Source: Candidatus Latescibacterota bacterium | GTDB lineage: Bacteria > Latescibacterota > UBA2968 > UBA8231 | Assembly: GCA_965203175.1 (NCBI GenBank) | Contig: OZ241867.1 | Span: forward strand, 768,001 to 832,000 | Length of the DNA: 64,000 nucleotides | Direction: 5' to 3' | Shown here: positions 37,901 to 46,099 of the stretch, in pieces | Layout: every line of letters starts with the position of its first letter | How positions within the stretch are numbered: the stretch's first letter is position 1 | Notes under the pieces: model-generated | The model's input: the letters and a program-made list of their open reading frames with translations, nothing else | The model's database searches: none | Told to the model about the DNA's origin: nothing | Made by a program: the position numbers and the translations under genes

Positions 37901-39460
37901 CTGGTCTAGTTTCTCTTTCGGAACTGAAAGCCGTTGGGATTCAGTCATTGCGTCGCACAAAACCTGGATTATGTTGGCCCAATTATCAGAGGAGAAAGCA
38001 GTGCGCTCATTGACTGCATTGCGTTTCTCATCCCAGTAAAGATCAAACAGGTCCTTTTCCGAGAAGAACTCAGGCTGTGAATCGGAGTTATAATTGGCGT
38101 CAAGGAACAGCGACAGATTCTGAGGAAGGCATAGCAATTCTAATTGCTTTGCATCAAACAGATCAGTGTTGAAGCTACCACCCCCAAGCGAGGATTTCAC
38201 CTCGTCCAAAGAGAAGTCCGTGACTGAGATTTTGGCGTCAACCTTAGCGAGAAGGCGACGCAAACGATGATCGTTCTCCCAATCAAATTCTCTACAAACA
38301 ACCACTATATGTAATTTTACTCTTTCACGTAAACCTCGTACCTCTTTCAAAAGGTCTTCCACGACATCAAAGAAGTCTGAACTGCGGCCAGAAGTCGTAC
38401 TAACGGCATCAAGCTGGTCAATAATGAGCACCGCTTCACCTGATGTGGCTTTAGCTGCTGCCTCCAATACTAGGGCTGGCGATTCCTCTAATTCAAGACT
38501 TTCCCCCAACTTTTTAGTGGACGATACCGGGTCTATTCTATCTAATCGAAAAGCGAGTACCGCAACAGGATCATTGCTTTGATGAAGAGCCTCCACGCAT
38601 TCGATGACACACCCGGTCTTTCCACCACCTGCCTTGCCGGTTACAACGCAGTCGCTGCCTCTAGGGACAGGGCCTTTGATCTTTTCAAGAAGCTCCTTAG
38701 TCGATGAACGAGGAATGAGGGAGTCTTGAATCAGCCTTCGTTTTGTGCTGTCAAGATAGCGACCTGTTGCTTCAGAGATAAGCGAGAGGGCATCACTTGG
38801 TCTGGTAAGTCGCCGCAATGAGAAGCCCTTGTCCGAAAGGTATGAAATCAGATCATCCCAGTTGATGCACTTATGAATTGAGTCTTCAGCAAAATTACGG
38901 AGAAAGTCACAGACTTCCGGACTACTAAGAAACCGCGCTTGCAGCAACTCTCGCACTTTATCTTCAAGCTCTCGTTCATCGATTGTGCTGACCTCTATGC
39001 GATGAAGTAATTTATATGCCGTGGCTGTGTCAGTTTCCCAAATACCTTTGAGTCTTTCGAGGGCTTCCTTTTGAGTCTGAGCATCAACAAACACTGACTC
39101 AAATTCCTTCTGATTCTTTGAATCAATAGCCCGCTCCGTTAGCACTTTTAGCTCTGGAGCGTCACTACCTGAAGCAAAAACGAATCGTGTGTTTTCGCTT
39201 GCAGAAAGCTGCTCAAACATCACCTGTAGTATGCTCCGAAGATCAGATAGATTCCACTTGCCTTCTGGATGACTGCGCTTTGCCTGATGTAGCTCTCGAC
39301 AGTCTCCTACAGCGACCACAAATTCGGCTTTATCGAAATTCGGATCCTCAATTCGTATACTGTCGGCCTCTTTATCGATAATCCGTACTAACTGACGGAT
39401 CGTCCACCACGATTCGTAGCGATTTCCCAGCTTGTTAGCGGGACCACCAGGCAACGGCAC
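34913..39460 (-). CDS. Avs/AVAST-like antiphage protein: N-terminal PD-(D/E)xK-type nuclease, STAND NTPase, helical-repeat sensor
   Basis: GNRYE…IED…EF…HQAK N-domain; Walker A GKAGGGKT; Walker B VLIIDQLD; HETFFDY; long helical C-terminus; low GC; GGAGG RBS. Confidence 0.7.
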   Translation of the reverse strand: MPLPGGPANKLGNRYESWWTIRQLVRIIDKEADSIRIEDPNFDKAEFVVAVGDCRELHQAKRSHPEGKWNLSDLRSILQVMFEQLSASENTRFVFASGSDAPELKVLTERAIDSKNQKEFESVFVDAQTQKEALERLKGIWETDTATAYKLLHRIEVSTIDERELEDKVRELLQARFLSSPEVCDFLRNFAEDSIHKCINWDDLISYLSDKGFSLRRLTRPSDALSLISEATGRYLDSTKRRLIQDSLIPRSSTKELLEKIKGPVPRGSDCVVTGKAGGGKTGCVIECVEALHQSNDPVAVLAFRLDRIDPVSSTKKLGESLELEESPALVLEAAAKATSGEAVLIIDQLDAVSTTSGRSSDFFDVVEDLLKEVRGLRERVKLHIVVVCREFDWENDHRLRRLLAKVDAKISVTDFSLDEVKSSLGGGSFNTDLFDAKQLELLCLPQNLSLFLDANYNSDSQPEFFSEKDLFDLYWDEKRNAVNERTAFSSDNWANIIQVLCDAMTESQRLSVPKEKLDQFPNDCLVQMASEGVLSFDGRSYGFGHETFFDYCFARAFMARGDSLVSFLVPSEQHLFRRAQVRQVLVYLSDADRGWYCRELSGLLRDERIRYHLKDLAIALAFSMPNPEEGEWNVISPWIESELEAIKSNRPNTDKFASLVWNRFHMSQNWFQITDEKGLIVDWLTSENNGLVNMGVNYTRFHQEHSGDRVAELLEPFVGKGGEWPQRLSYVMQWATLENSRRFFDLFLNLIDDGTLDNAVGPIAVNSTFWSMMYGLDKTRPDWIVEVTAHWLQRCLSVIRAAQDGTGEPNWNDLFNHDGFGPKLIHDSAIKAPEEFAQHVLPVILKIADEAVYRENSTVPKRDAVWGHLINGESVSIRGTCRDVAAIAVEKLAETRSDSIGKILAELRSRDTYLANFLLLRAYTVGAKHFANEAVSDLCDKTWRFQCGYSDNPYWIAMQLIEAATPLCSGENCTKLEKAILDYISPWERTPEGYKRRGHACFNLLSSIPVELRSRNAQSRYMELERKFRSPDSSPRRLEVYQVGSPIEKIAAERMTDEQWLRAIQEYDSEERKYLWENPEKGGAPELAQMLQEFVKQEPERFARLSLRFPLGTHPSYIEHTLNGLKETECSIELKLEVCRKAYNEYRDSCGKAITDLLGLIEEPLPDDAVQMLDWLATNSDPDKELWSEEATSGGGDILTHGINTTRGHAAEAIRNLIQRNRSYIDRFRPTIDQLVNDNSLAVRACTSSILLAILGQESRFALRQFLSLIESRDNQHSDDRLLTTPYIGHFIRYGLHEHFEDLRTVIERMLRSNLPEASEGGARLVSIALLLQRDDAEDLVEEALRGNSSQRVGVAQVASANIGQEEYRQWSGQKLLLFFDDDDIEVRRKAAECFRNLEKQPLEFYENLIVKFCDSAAYQENSFSLLHLLEESSYRLPGITYIVCKKFLERFIEEANDMRTSRAGDVPMVSKLILRTYHQHQSDEWAAKCLDLIDQMCLEKSYAIRTDLNEYER

Positions 39461-39648
39461 GGCTATTTCCTCCCTCGAATATCAGAGTGACAAAATTCCA
39501 CAGCATCAATTGATAACAGACGAAAGACAAGTACGACCAGTCCAATTGTCGCCACAGTGTAGAGACAATCTCCCCATCCGAGAAACGGCCGGCAAAACGG
39601 ATCATCTACTTGTCCGTTTCTGACTTTCTTTGCAGTCGCACAACCGCC

Positions 39649-39893
39649 TCACGGGACGCGACAATCCGCACGAACTTGGGCTACTGCTTCGTCAACAAGG
39701 GCTTGGGCTTCCTCAGCCGAGAGGTGTTTGTTGCGTTCCCAAATGGAGTCAACGGTCTCCCAAAAGATCGCTTGGCGGACCGCACGGACGACGAAACGCG
39801 ATAGGTCGCCCCTTTTCCCACCCGTTCGGGCCAAATAGCTCCGAACGGTGCGGTCCCCGTATCTTCCGAGACGACGATGCTCCAACGGGTCAT
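39649..39893 (-). pseudogene. Frameshifted ribbon-helix-helix protein (XACb0070-like antitoxin)
   Basis: MTRWSIVVSEDT / DRTVRSYLARTGGKRGDLSRFV…EAQALVDEAVAQVR, joined by an apparent +2 insertion in the G run at ~39855-39858. Confidence 0.7.
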
Positions 39894-39920
39894 CAATAGC
39901 CTCTCTTCGAGTTTTGCAGT

Positions 39921-40073
39921 CAAGTACGGCCAGCCCAATTGTCGCGACACTGTCGCGACAATATCAGCTTCGCGGAATGCCTTGGCAAAATTTATCATCC
40001 GAGTGAGAGCCGAATAGCTGTAACCTCGCCCAAATTAGGCAGTCAATTGTTGCGACAGTGTCGCAACAATCTC
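39921..40073 (-). pseudogene. DUF1016 (YhcG) N-terminal domain fragment with internal stop
   Basis: EIVATLSQQLTA*FGRGYSYSALTRMINFAKAF.EADIVATVSRQLGW resembles DUF1016-N. Confidence 0.65.
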
Positions 40074-40204
40074 AGTTCTGGAACAGCCTGTTCCAGAATT
40101 TCTGCGACAGGCTGTCGCAGAAATTCAAAATGGCAACAGCTTGTTGCCATTTTGCGTTCACCTCCGAGACGACGATGCTCCAGCGGGTCATCAATAGCTT
40201 CTCT

Positions 40205-40537
40205 TCAAGTTTTGCAATCAAGTACGACCAGCGCAATTGTCTCCACAGTGTAGAGACTCTCCCAACTCTCCCCGCTCGGATCCGCAGCAAGATGTGCGAC
40301 AACATCCATACCTTCAACAGCGCGTCGTACCTGATTAAAATCGGCAATATCGCACAGGATGAATTTCTCGTCTGGAATTTCGAGCGTCCATGACCCCGGA
40401 ACGCGAACAGATGGCTCCAATTTGTAGTCGAGTGCATACGCATCGTACTTTTCCGGTTGTTCTTTCAGCCGTTTGTATGTCATGTAACCAATCTGCCCAG
40501 TAGCGCCTGTAACAAGCACCCTCTTAGGTGTAACCAT
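40205..40537 (-). pseudogene. 3'-truncated NAD-dependent epimerase/dehydratase
   Basis: VLVTGATGQIG, CDIADF, VVAHLAADP, then homology appears to end at ~40255 inside a palindromic repeat. Confidence 0.75.
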
Positions 40538-40584
40538 ACGTTTATTTTTCTTTCGTTTATGGGTGTTCCTCCATTACAACGTGC

Positions 40585-41877
40585 CTATTTCCTGCGTCCC
40601 CCATTAAAAGCATCTGGCTTCTCGGTACCCGAAGGCCAGTACCCACTCGGATCCTCGCCCCACGGCGTCCCACAAACTTCCGTCAAAACCCGCCACTCAG
40701 ACGCGCCCATAACCTCTGGATGAAAGACAAAGCGCTTGAGTCCAGCCGCCTCAGACGCCCGCAAGATGCCGAGCAAATCGCGCGCGGGCATGGGATCACC
40801 CGCGTGCGGCGTGCGACCAGTCGAGACCCAGCAAATCACCTTATCGACACCAGCCGCCTCTATGGCCCTGCGCGTTTCCCCGTACACGACCTCGCTGAAA
40901 AACTCGTCGGGAAAGCCCGCCTCCAAGTCAAAAAGTGTCCGCACCTGCGGTAGCTTGATGCCAAAAAGCGCCTGCACCACGGCAAAAGCGTCTTCTTCCG
41001 TTAGCCCCGGATTCCACTCCCCAATTGTCTCCACCCAGCGCGCCACTGTGCCATAAAGTCCGTCGAACCCGCGATGCCAGTAGTAGTGCTTGGGCAGTAT
41101 ATAATCAAAGTATCCGGCCATCCGCTCATAGTCCTGCCCGGTCAACCCAGAAAAGACAGCCGTGCGCGGAATCCCACCCAACTCGATCTTGCGCGAGGCC
41201 TGATCGACTATTGCGCGAGCGTCTTCCCAAGAGCGGCGCGACTTCTCCTGCCGCATCCGCAACCAATACAACCCATCCTCGTCGAGGTCGATCAAATTCA
41301 ACACCGAAAACAGGCCACCTTGGGCGAGGTAGCGCACCCGCTGGGGCGTCAGCCGACACAGGGCCTGCTGCAGATGGTCAATACCCCGCTGCATCCGCCC
41401 GACATCGGCCCCCATGCCAGCAAAAAGCTGATCTTCGCCGGGCCGAAGTTCCAGCAACTCCCCGCCGTGGTGGAACGCCAGCTCGTAGTGGTTTTCGCCG
41501 GGGCCGTCGACAATGACGCCGTGGACCTGCGGATAGAACGCGATCAAATCCTCCAGCCCAACCAGCCCACCGCGCCCCATCCCAAAGGTCATAATCTGCC
41601 AGCCACGCGCCGCTGCATCGTCCATCATGCCTTGGAGCTTTTTCTCTTTTTCTAGATCGCGGGGCGTATCCTCCGGCGGCTCGACGCCGTGCTCGGCGTA
41701 GAGCTTGGTATTGACCGGATAGCTGGAGATCAACGAACCATCGTCCTGCTTAAACTGCATGCGGCCGACGATAATGCCCTCGACGCCGCCTTCTTCCCAA
41801 GCGTCGAAGCGCTGTTGGTAGCCTTCGAGCCAGTGTTCGAGCGGCTGGTCGCTGTGGGTGAAAACCCAAAATTTCAT
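40585..41877 (-). CDS. Hypothetical protein (430 aa)
   Basis: Long ORF with host-like codon usage, AGGAGG RBS, in operon with amidohydrolase. Confidence 0.8.
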   Translation of the reverse strand: MKFWVFTHSDQPLEHWLEGYQQRFDAWEEGGVEGIIVGRMQFKQDDGSLISSYPVNTKLYAEHGVEPPEDTPRDLEKEKKLQGMMDDAAARGWQIMTFGMGRGGLVGLEDLIAFYPQVHGVIVDGPGENHYELAFHHGGELLELRPGEDQLFAGMGADVGRMQRGIDHLQQALCRLTPQRVRYLAQGGLFSVLNLIDLDEDGLYWLRMRQEKSRRSWEDARAIVDQASRKIELGGIPRTAVFSGLTGQDYERMAGYFDYILPKHYYWHRGFDGLYGTVARWVETIGEWNPGLTEEDAFAVVQALFGIKLPQVRTLFDLEAGFPDEFFSEVVYGETRRAIEAAGVDKVICWVSTGRTPHAGDPMPARDLLGILRASEAAGLKRFVFHPEVMGASEWRVLTEVCGTPWGEDPSGYWPSGTEKPDAFNGGRRK

Positions 41878-41887
41878 AATGGCCTCC

Positions 41888-42721
41888 TTAGCGGTCTGGC
41901 CACTTGTAGGCGGTCTTGCTGTTTTGCCAGAAGTACTTCTCGGTCACGCCCTTTTCGCCAAAGTACGCTTTGACAATGGAGATGGCGGCCTTGAAACTCC
42001 CCGCTCGGTCGCTAACGGGCCAATTGCTGCCATAGATCACGCGGTCTGAGCCAAAGGCGTCCCACATGGCGTCGAGGATCGGGCGATAAAAGTCCAGCTC
42101 TTCCGGCACCGGCTCCACCCTGCTTTGCTCCATGATCGCCGAGACCTTCATAAAGACCTGCGGCTGCTCGGCCGCTTGAGCTATGGCGTCCAACCACATC
42201 GGATCGGGATCGCCGCCATCGGCTCCGACCCCGCCGCAGTGATTGATGACAATGCGCAATTCGGGCAGCCGCCGGGCCAGTTCGACCACTTGAGCCAAGT
42301 CCGCCGGCCCCACCAGCGCGTCGAGCTCCAAGTCCCTTGCGACGAGGTGCTCCATGTCGGCGAGAAAAGACCCAGCCTCTAAGTCGGCAAAATACCCACC
42401 GCCGCAGCGAATGCCGCGAAAGAGTGCGTTTCCCGCTAGGCGGTCGATGTCGCTTTTGAAGTCCTCCCGATTGGGATCGACGTGGCCCACCAGCCCGACG
42501 ATCCAAGGGTCATCAGCGGCCAAATCCAGAATCCACTGATTGTCCGCCAACCACGCGCTGGCCTCCACCACCACCGTCCCGGTCACCCCTTCGGGCGCGG
42601 CGAGAGCGCGGTGGTGCTCGGGCAATACCGTGCGATAGAGCAACTCGTTGTCAGCCGGCGGCCAAGGCACGCCTTCCGGTCGCGTGGGATCGTAGAAGTG
42701 GGTATGAGTATCGATAATCAC
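41888..42721 (-). CDS. Amidohydrolase_2 family protein (L-fuconolactonase-like)
   Basis: IIDTHTHF, VINH, KVS, YGSNWPV. Confidence 0.88.
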   Translation of the reverse strand: MIIDTHTHFYDPTRPEGVPWPPADNELLYRTVLPEHHRALAAPEGVTGTVVVEASAWLADNQWILDLAADDPWIVGLVGHVDPNREDFKSDIDRLAGNALFRGIRCGGGYFADLEAGSFLADMEHLVARDLELDALVGPADLAQVVELARRLPELRIVINHCGGVGADGGDPDPMWLDAIAQAAEQPQVFMKVSAIMEQSRVEPVPEELDFYRPILDAMWDAFGSDRVIYGSNWPVSDRAGSFKAAISIVKAYFGEKGVTEKYFWQNSKTAYKWPDR

Positions 42722-43767
42722 GATGCATTCCTTTCTGTCATGGTTTCTTCAATCAACGTCGCAAACGCCTCTATGTCCTCTGCCTCAGTGTCGAACGAGG
42801 TCATCCAGCGCACCTCGCCCCGTGTGGCATTCCAGGGATAAAAGAAAAACTCCTGCTGCAAAATGGGAATCACTTCCACCGGCAACCGCGCGAAGACAGC
42901 GTTGGCCTGCACTGGGTAGATCACCTCCACCCCGCGAATGGGCCGCACTCGCTCGGCCAGCACCTGCGCCATAGCGTTGGCGTGTTCGGCGCTCCTGCGC
43001 CAAAGGTCGTCGGTCAGCAGGGCCGTAAACTGCGCGGCGACAAAGCGCATCTTAGAGGCCAGTTGCATCCCCTGCTTGCGTGCACGGCGATAGTCCTCGG
43101 CTAGCTCGGGCTGAAAAAAGACCACAGCTTCCCCCAACATCAGGCCGTTCTTGGTGCCGCCAAACGACAGCACATCGACCCCACAATCCCCAGTAACCTC
43201 CCGCAGTTCCAAGCCCAAGCCCACGGCTGCATTGGCAATCCGCGCTCCATCGACGTGCAAATACAACCCGTGATCGTGGGCGCAGTCGGCGATGGCGCGA
43301 ATCTCACTCGGCGCATAAACAGTACCCAGTTCCGTAGCCTGAGTAATCGACACCACGCGGGGGCGCACTTGGTGCTCGTCACCGCGACCCGCAATGTGGG
43401 CAACGACTCCCTCGGGAGTGATTTTGCCGTCGGGTGCTGGCGCGGTCAGGAGCTTGACGCCGGCCACCTGTTCGGGAGCACCGCATTCGTCGATGTGGAG
43501 ATGAGCGGTGTCCGAGCAGATCACCGCGTCGCAAAAGCGCGTGAGCGCGGTGAGGGCCGTAACATTGGCTCCGGTGCCGTTGAAGGCCAAGAAAACCTCA
43601 ACCTCCGACCCCAACACCTCGCGAAAAAGCGCGACGGCTTCATCCGTGTGGGGATCGTCCCCATAGGAATGCACGTGCCCCACGTTGACTCGCTGTAAGG
43701 CCGCCATGACCTCGGGGTGGACTCCGGCGTGATTGTCGCTGCCAAAGCCGCGAATGCGCTCGCCCAT
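42718..43767 (-). CDS. ltaE: Low-specificity L-threonine aldolase
   Basis: SDN, YGDD, NGTGAN, DECGAPE, HVDGAR, SFGGTKNG. Confidence 0.9.
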   Translation of the reverse strand: MGERIRGFGSDNHAGVHPEVMAALQRVNVGHVHSYGDDPHTDEAVALFREVLGSEVEVFLAFNGTGANVTALTALTRFCDAVICSDTAHLHIDECGAPEQVAGVKLLTAPAPDGKITPEGVVAHIAGRGDEHQVRPRVVSITQATELGTVYAPSEIRAIADCAHDHGLYLHVDGARIANAAVGLGLELREVTGDCGVDVLSFGGTKNGLMLGEAVVFFQPELAEDYRRARKQGMQLASKMRFVAAQFTALLTDDLWRRSAEHANAMAQVLAERVRPIRGVEVIYPVQANAVFARLPVEVIPILQQEFFFYPWNATRGEVRWMTSFDTEAEDIEAFATLIEETMTERNAS

Positions 43768-43852
43768 TATTCTAGTGCCTTTCTCTGTTGTACTCCTCCG
43801 TCCCTCACTCTTCCATCCAACTCAAGTTTCTCCCAATTAAGACGATTTCTAA

Positions 43853-46024
43853 TCACGTCACGCATAGCCTGAGCCGCAGCTTTTCGTTCAACTTTTCCAC
43901 GAACACATCTTTGTTCGGCACAGAGGGATTGTTCCGCATGATGAGATTTTTCCAAGCGGCGCGAATTTCGGTTGGCGAGAATGTACTTTCCAACAACCAG
44001 CCCAATGTTTCGTTGCATTGCCGGCAAAACGTTTCGCTGTCGTTTGTGTCAATAGTGTCTAAAGGCGTCCACGGAGCGGACGGTTTGTTGCCTTCGAGAG
44101 CGAAAACCAAAACGCTGTCGTGCCGGATTGAGTTCAAGTTGCGAATATGTACTGAGATGGGATGTTCGGAGTACACTACGTAAGCATTCATCAGCCTAAA
44201 TCCGGCACTTTTGAGCGCCAAAGTGAGTTCAGCCCACGCGCTGGGATCCCAGTGGTGAAAAGTAAATACCATCCGCCCGGTCTGTTTCTTTAAGACGCGC
44301 CCGCACTCTGCGAAAATTCCCGCGAGTACCCTCATAAAATTGCTAACACCAGCGGTCGCTTTTGTCGCAACAGCACTGTCGGATTCGTCGTAACTCCACT
44401 CGGCCTCGTCGGGAAGCAGGCGCGTCAGCCACACCCGAAAAAAAGCCGCCAGATTGCTGTATTGCACACTGTCGTAATAGGGAGGATCGGTCACTATCAT
44501 ATCTACAGAATGGTCGTCGAGAGGCAAACTCTGCGAATCGCCCTGAATGAGCCAAAACCGGCTCCGATCACGCACGAGATCGGCCTGATTGAAAACTTCA
44601 ACGCCATCATCCGCTTCTCCCGGTATCTTGACTAACTCCCTTTTGCCGTCTTCCCCAATCTTCCGTTCAACAGGCAATACCGACCACTTGCGTCCCCGCT
44701 CAATCCGATCGCGAAAGAGCAATTGTAGGTTGCCGGACGACTTGCGAGGATTGACTGGGTTGTTTTCCAGCACCGTGTATTGAAACGAATAGGCGTGCAA
44801 AGCGAAAACGTGCCGAATCGCACCTGGACGGCGTTTGTTCCAACCCTTGTATCCGCAGAGCATTGCATTGAACTCTAAAGACGTGGACACAAGCATCCCA
44901 AGGGTGAGTCTATCTATACCCGCGTAGTCGCGAAGTTGCCGAATCGCTTGGTGCAAGTACAGTAGCTGACGAGATGAAAAAACGTCGAGATATGAACGGA
45001 CATTGTGCCTTAGCAGATCACCGGATTTAGGGCCGTCATGTACCCTAAAATCCTCCAACGGCCCGAAGTCCAGTTCGCTACGCCGCTCGTCGGCCCGCTT
45101 GATTCGCGCCAAATCTTCTTCACTAGGCGAGCGAAAAAAGTTACCGTGCTCGGGGCAGGTCGCAACAATCGCAATCGGCGTATAGCGCGCATAAAATGGC
45201 AAGTCGAGCAGTTCCTCGTACTTCTGACCGCAGCTAGGACACTCTTTTTCAGCTTTGGTAATCAGATCTGTAGTTGCACCGACCATTCTGGTCAGCGGAG
45301 ACAACTTTTCGACGGCGGTCTTCTGTCCATTTTGATTGCGAAAAATCTCCCCGCTCTCAGGGCAAATGCTGATTGTTGCGTCGTCCTCATGTCGCAAATC
45401 GTACTGATCAATCTGCACGACATTCCGACAAGCGCATTTTTTACGCAGCCCGTGTAGCAAATATTGGATATCCACAGTCTGCTCACAGGTTGGACATTCG
45501 GTCTGGAAATAAGGCCCCAAGCTATCGTGCAAATCGGCGAAGAACCGATCAAAAACTACTCGCAAACCCGCCAACTCGACCTGAGTGAGTGACGCTCGGG
45601 CCTGCACAATCGGGATGGGGTCTATATCCGCACCGATGACGTTCGCGCCGAGGCGAATCGCTTCGTGCAGGGTTGTGCCACCTCCCATCATCGGGTCAAG
45701 CACGGTCATGCCTTCTAGCCCGCCAGGTGCGTAGTAATCGCGACACTCATGGTCAGCCGCAAATTGCTTGAGTATGGTGCGAAATGTGGACCCGCATCGT
45801 CGCGCCCACCACTTATGCAGATACGTGTTTGGACGAAAGAGGTGTTTGTTGAACACCTCCTGACGGGAAAGGTCGTTGACAAATTCCTCGGGAAAGGCTC
45901 GATCTATACTGAGACTGTGTTCCGTTTGCCTCGGACGAATTAGTTCGTCCAGTGTCAACTGGCGTACGTCGCTCACAACATCGGACGATGGCTTGATCTT
46001 TTTAGACGATGAGTATTCGGTCAT
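43853..46024 (-). CDS. Amino-DNA methyltransferase with Zn-ribbon insert (DUF1156-like), orphan
   Basis: HKWWARR, motif I DPMMGGGT, Cys pairs CPTC/CAC/CPSC/CPEH, motif IV TDPPYYD, FTFHH. Confidence 0.82.
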   Translation of the reverse strand: MTEYSSSKKIKPSSDVVSDVRQLTLDELIRPRQTEHSLSIDRAFPEEFVNDLSRQEVFNKHLFRPNTYLHKWWARRCGSTFRTILKQFAADHECRDYYAPGGLEGMTVLDPMMGGGTTLHEAIRLGANVIGADIDPIPIVQARASLTQVELAGLRVVFDRFFADLHDSLGPYFQTECPTCEQTVDIQYLLHGLRKKCACRNVVQIDQYDLRHEDDATISICPESGEIFRNQNGQKTAVEKLSPLTRMVGATTDLITKAEKECPSCGQKYEELLDLPFYARYTPIAIVATCPEHGNFFRSPSEEDLARIKRADERRSELDFGPLEDFRVHDGPKSGDLLRHNVRSYLDVFSSRQLLYLHQAIRQLRDYAGIDRLTLGMLVSTSLEFNAMLCGYKGWNKRRPGAIRHVFALHAYSFQYTVLENNPVNPRKSSGNLQLLFRDRIERGRKWSVLPVERKIGEDGKRELVKIPGEADDGVEVFNQADLVRDRSRFWLIQGDSQSLPLDDHSVDMIVTDPPYYDSVQYSNLAAFFRVWLTRLLPDEAEWSYDESDSAVATKATAGVSNFMRVLAGIFAECGRVLKKQTGRMVFTFHHWDPSAWAELTLALKSAGFRLMNAYVVYSEHPISVHIRNLNSIRHDSVLVFALEGNKPSAPWTPLDTIDTNDSETFCRQCNETLGWLLESTFSPTEIRAAWKNLIMRNNPSVPNKDVFVEKLNEKLRLRLCVT

Positions 46025-46099
46025 TTTGCGTCCCTTCGCGGACACACGTACCATATTTTGCTGCGTGCAATCATAGCTTCCCGGTATCCGCTCGGCCCC

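Larger units (their letters stand above)
39528..40257. repeat. Cluster of ~25-bp palindromes and repeated 39-89 bp segments
   Basis: Palindromes at 39545-39569, 39938-39962, 40046-40070, 40076-40098, 40096-40126, 40126-40154, 40236-40257; 39865-39953 matches 40163-40251 (80/89); 39528-39566 matches 40219-40257 (36/39). Confidence 0.9.

Noticed and set aside
39528-40257. CRISPR array or integron attC array
   Set aside because: No identical repeats separated by unique spacers, no cas genes, no RYYYAAC/GTTRRRY attC ends and no integrase; the units are themselves variable palindromes.
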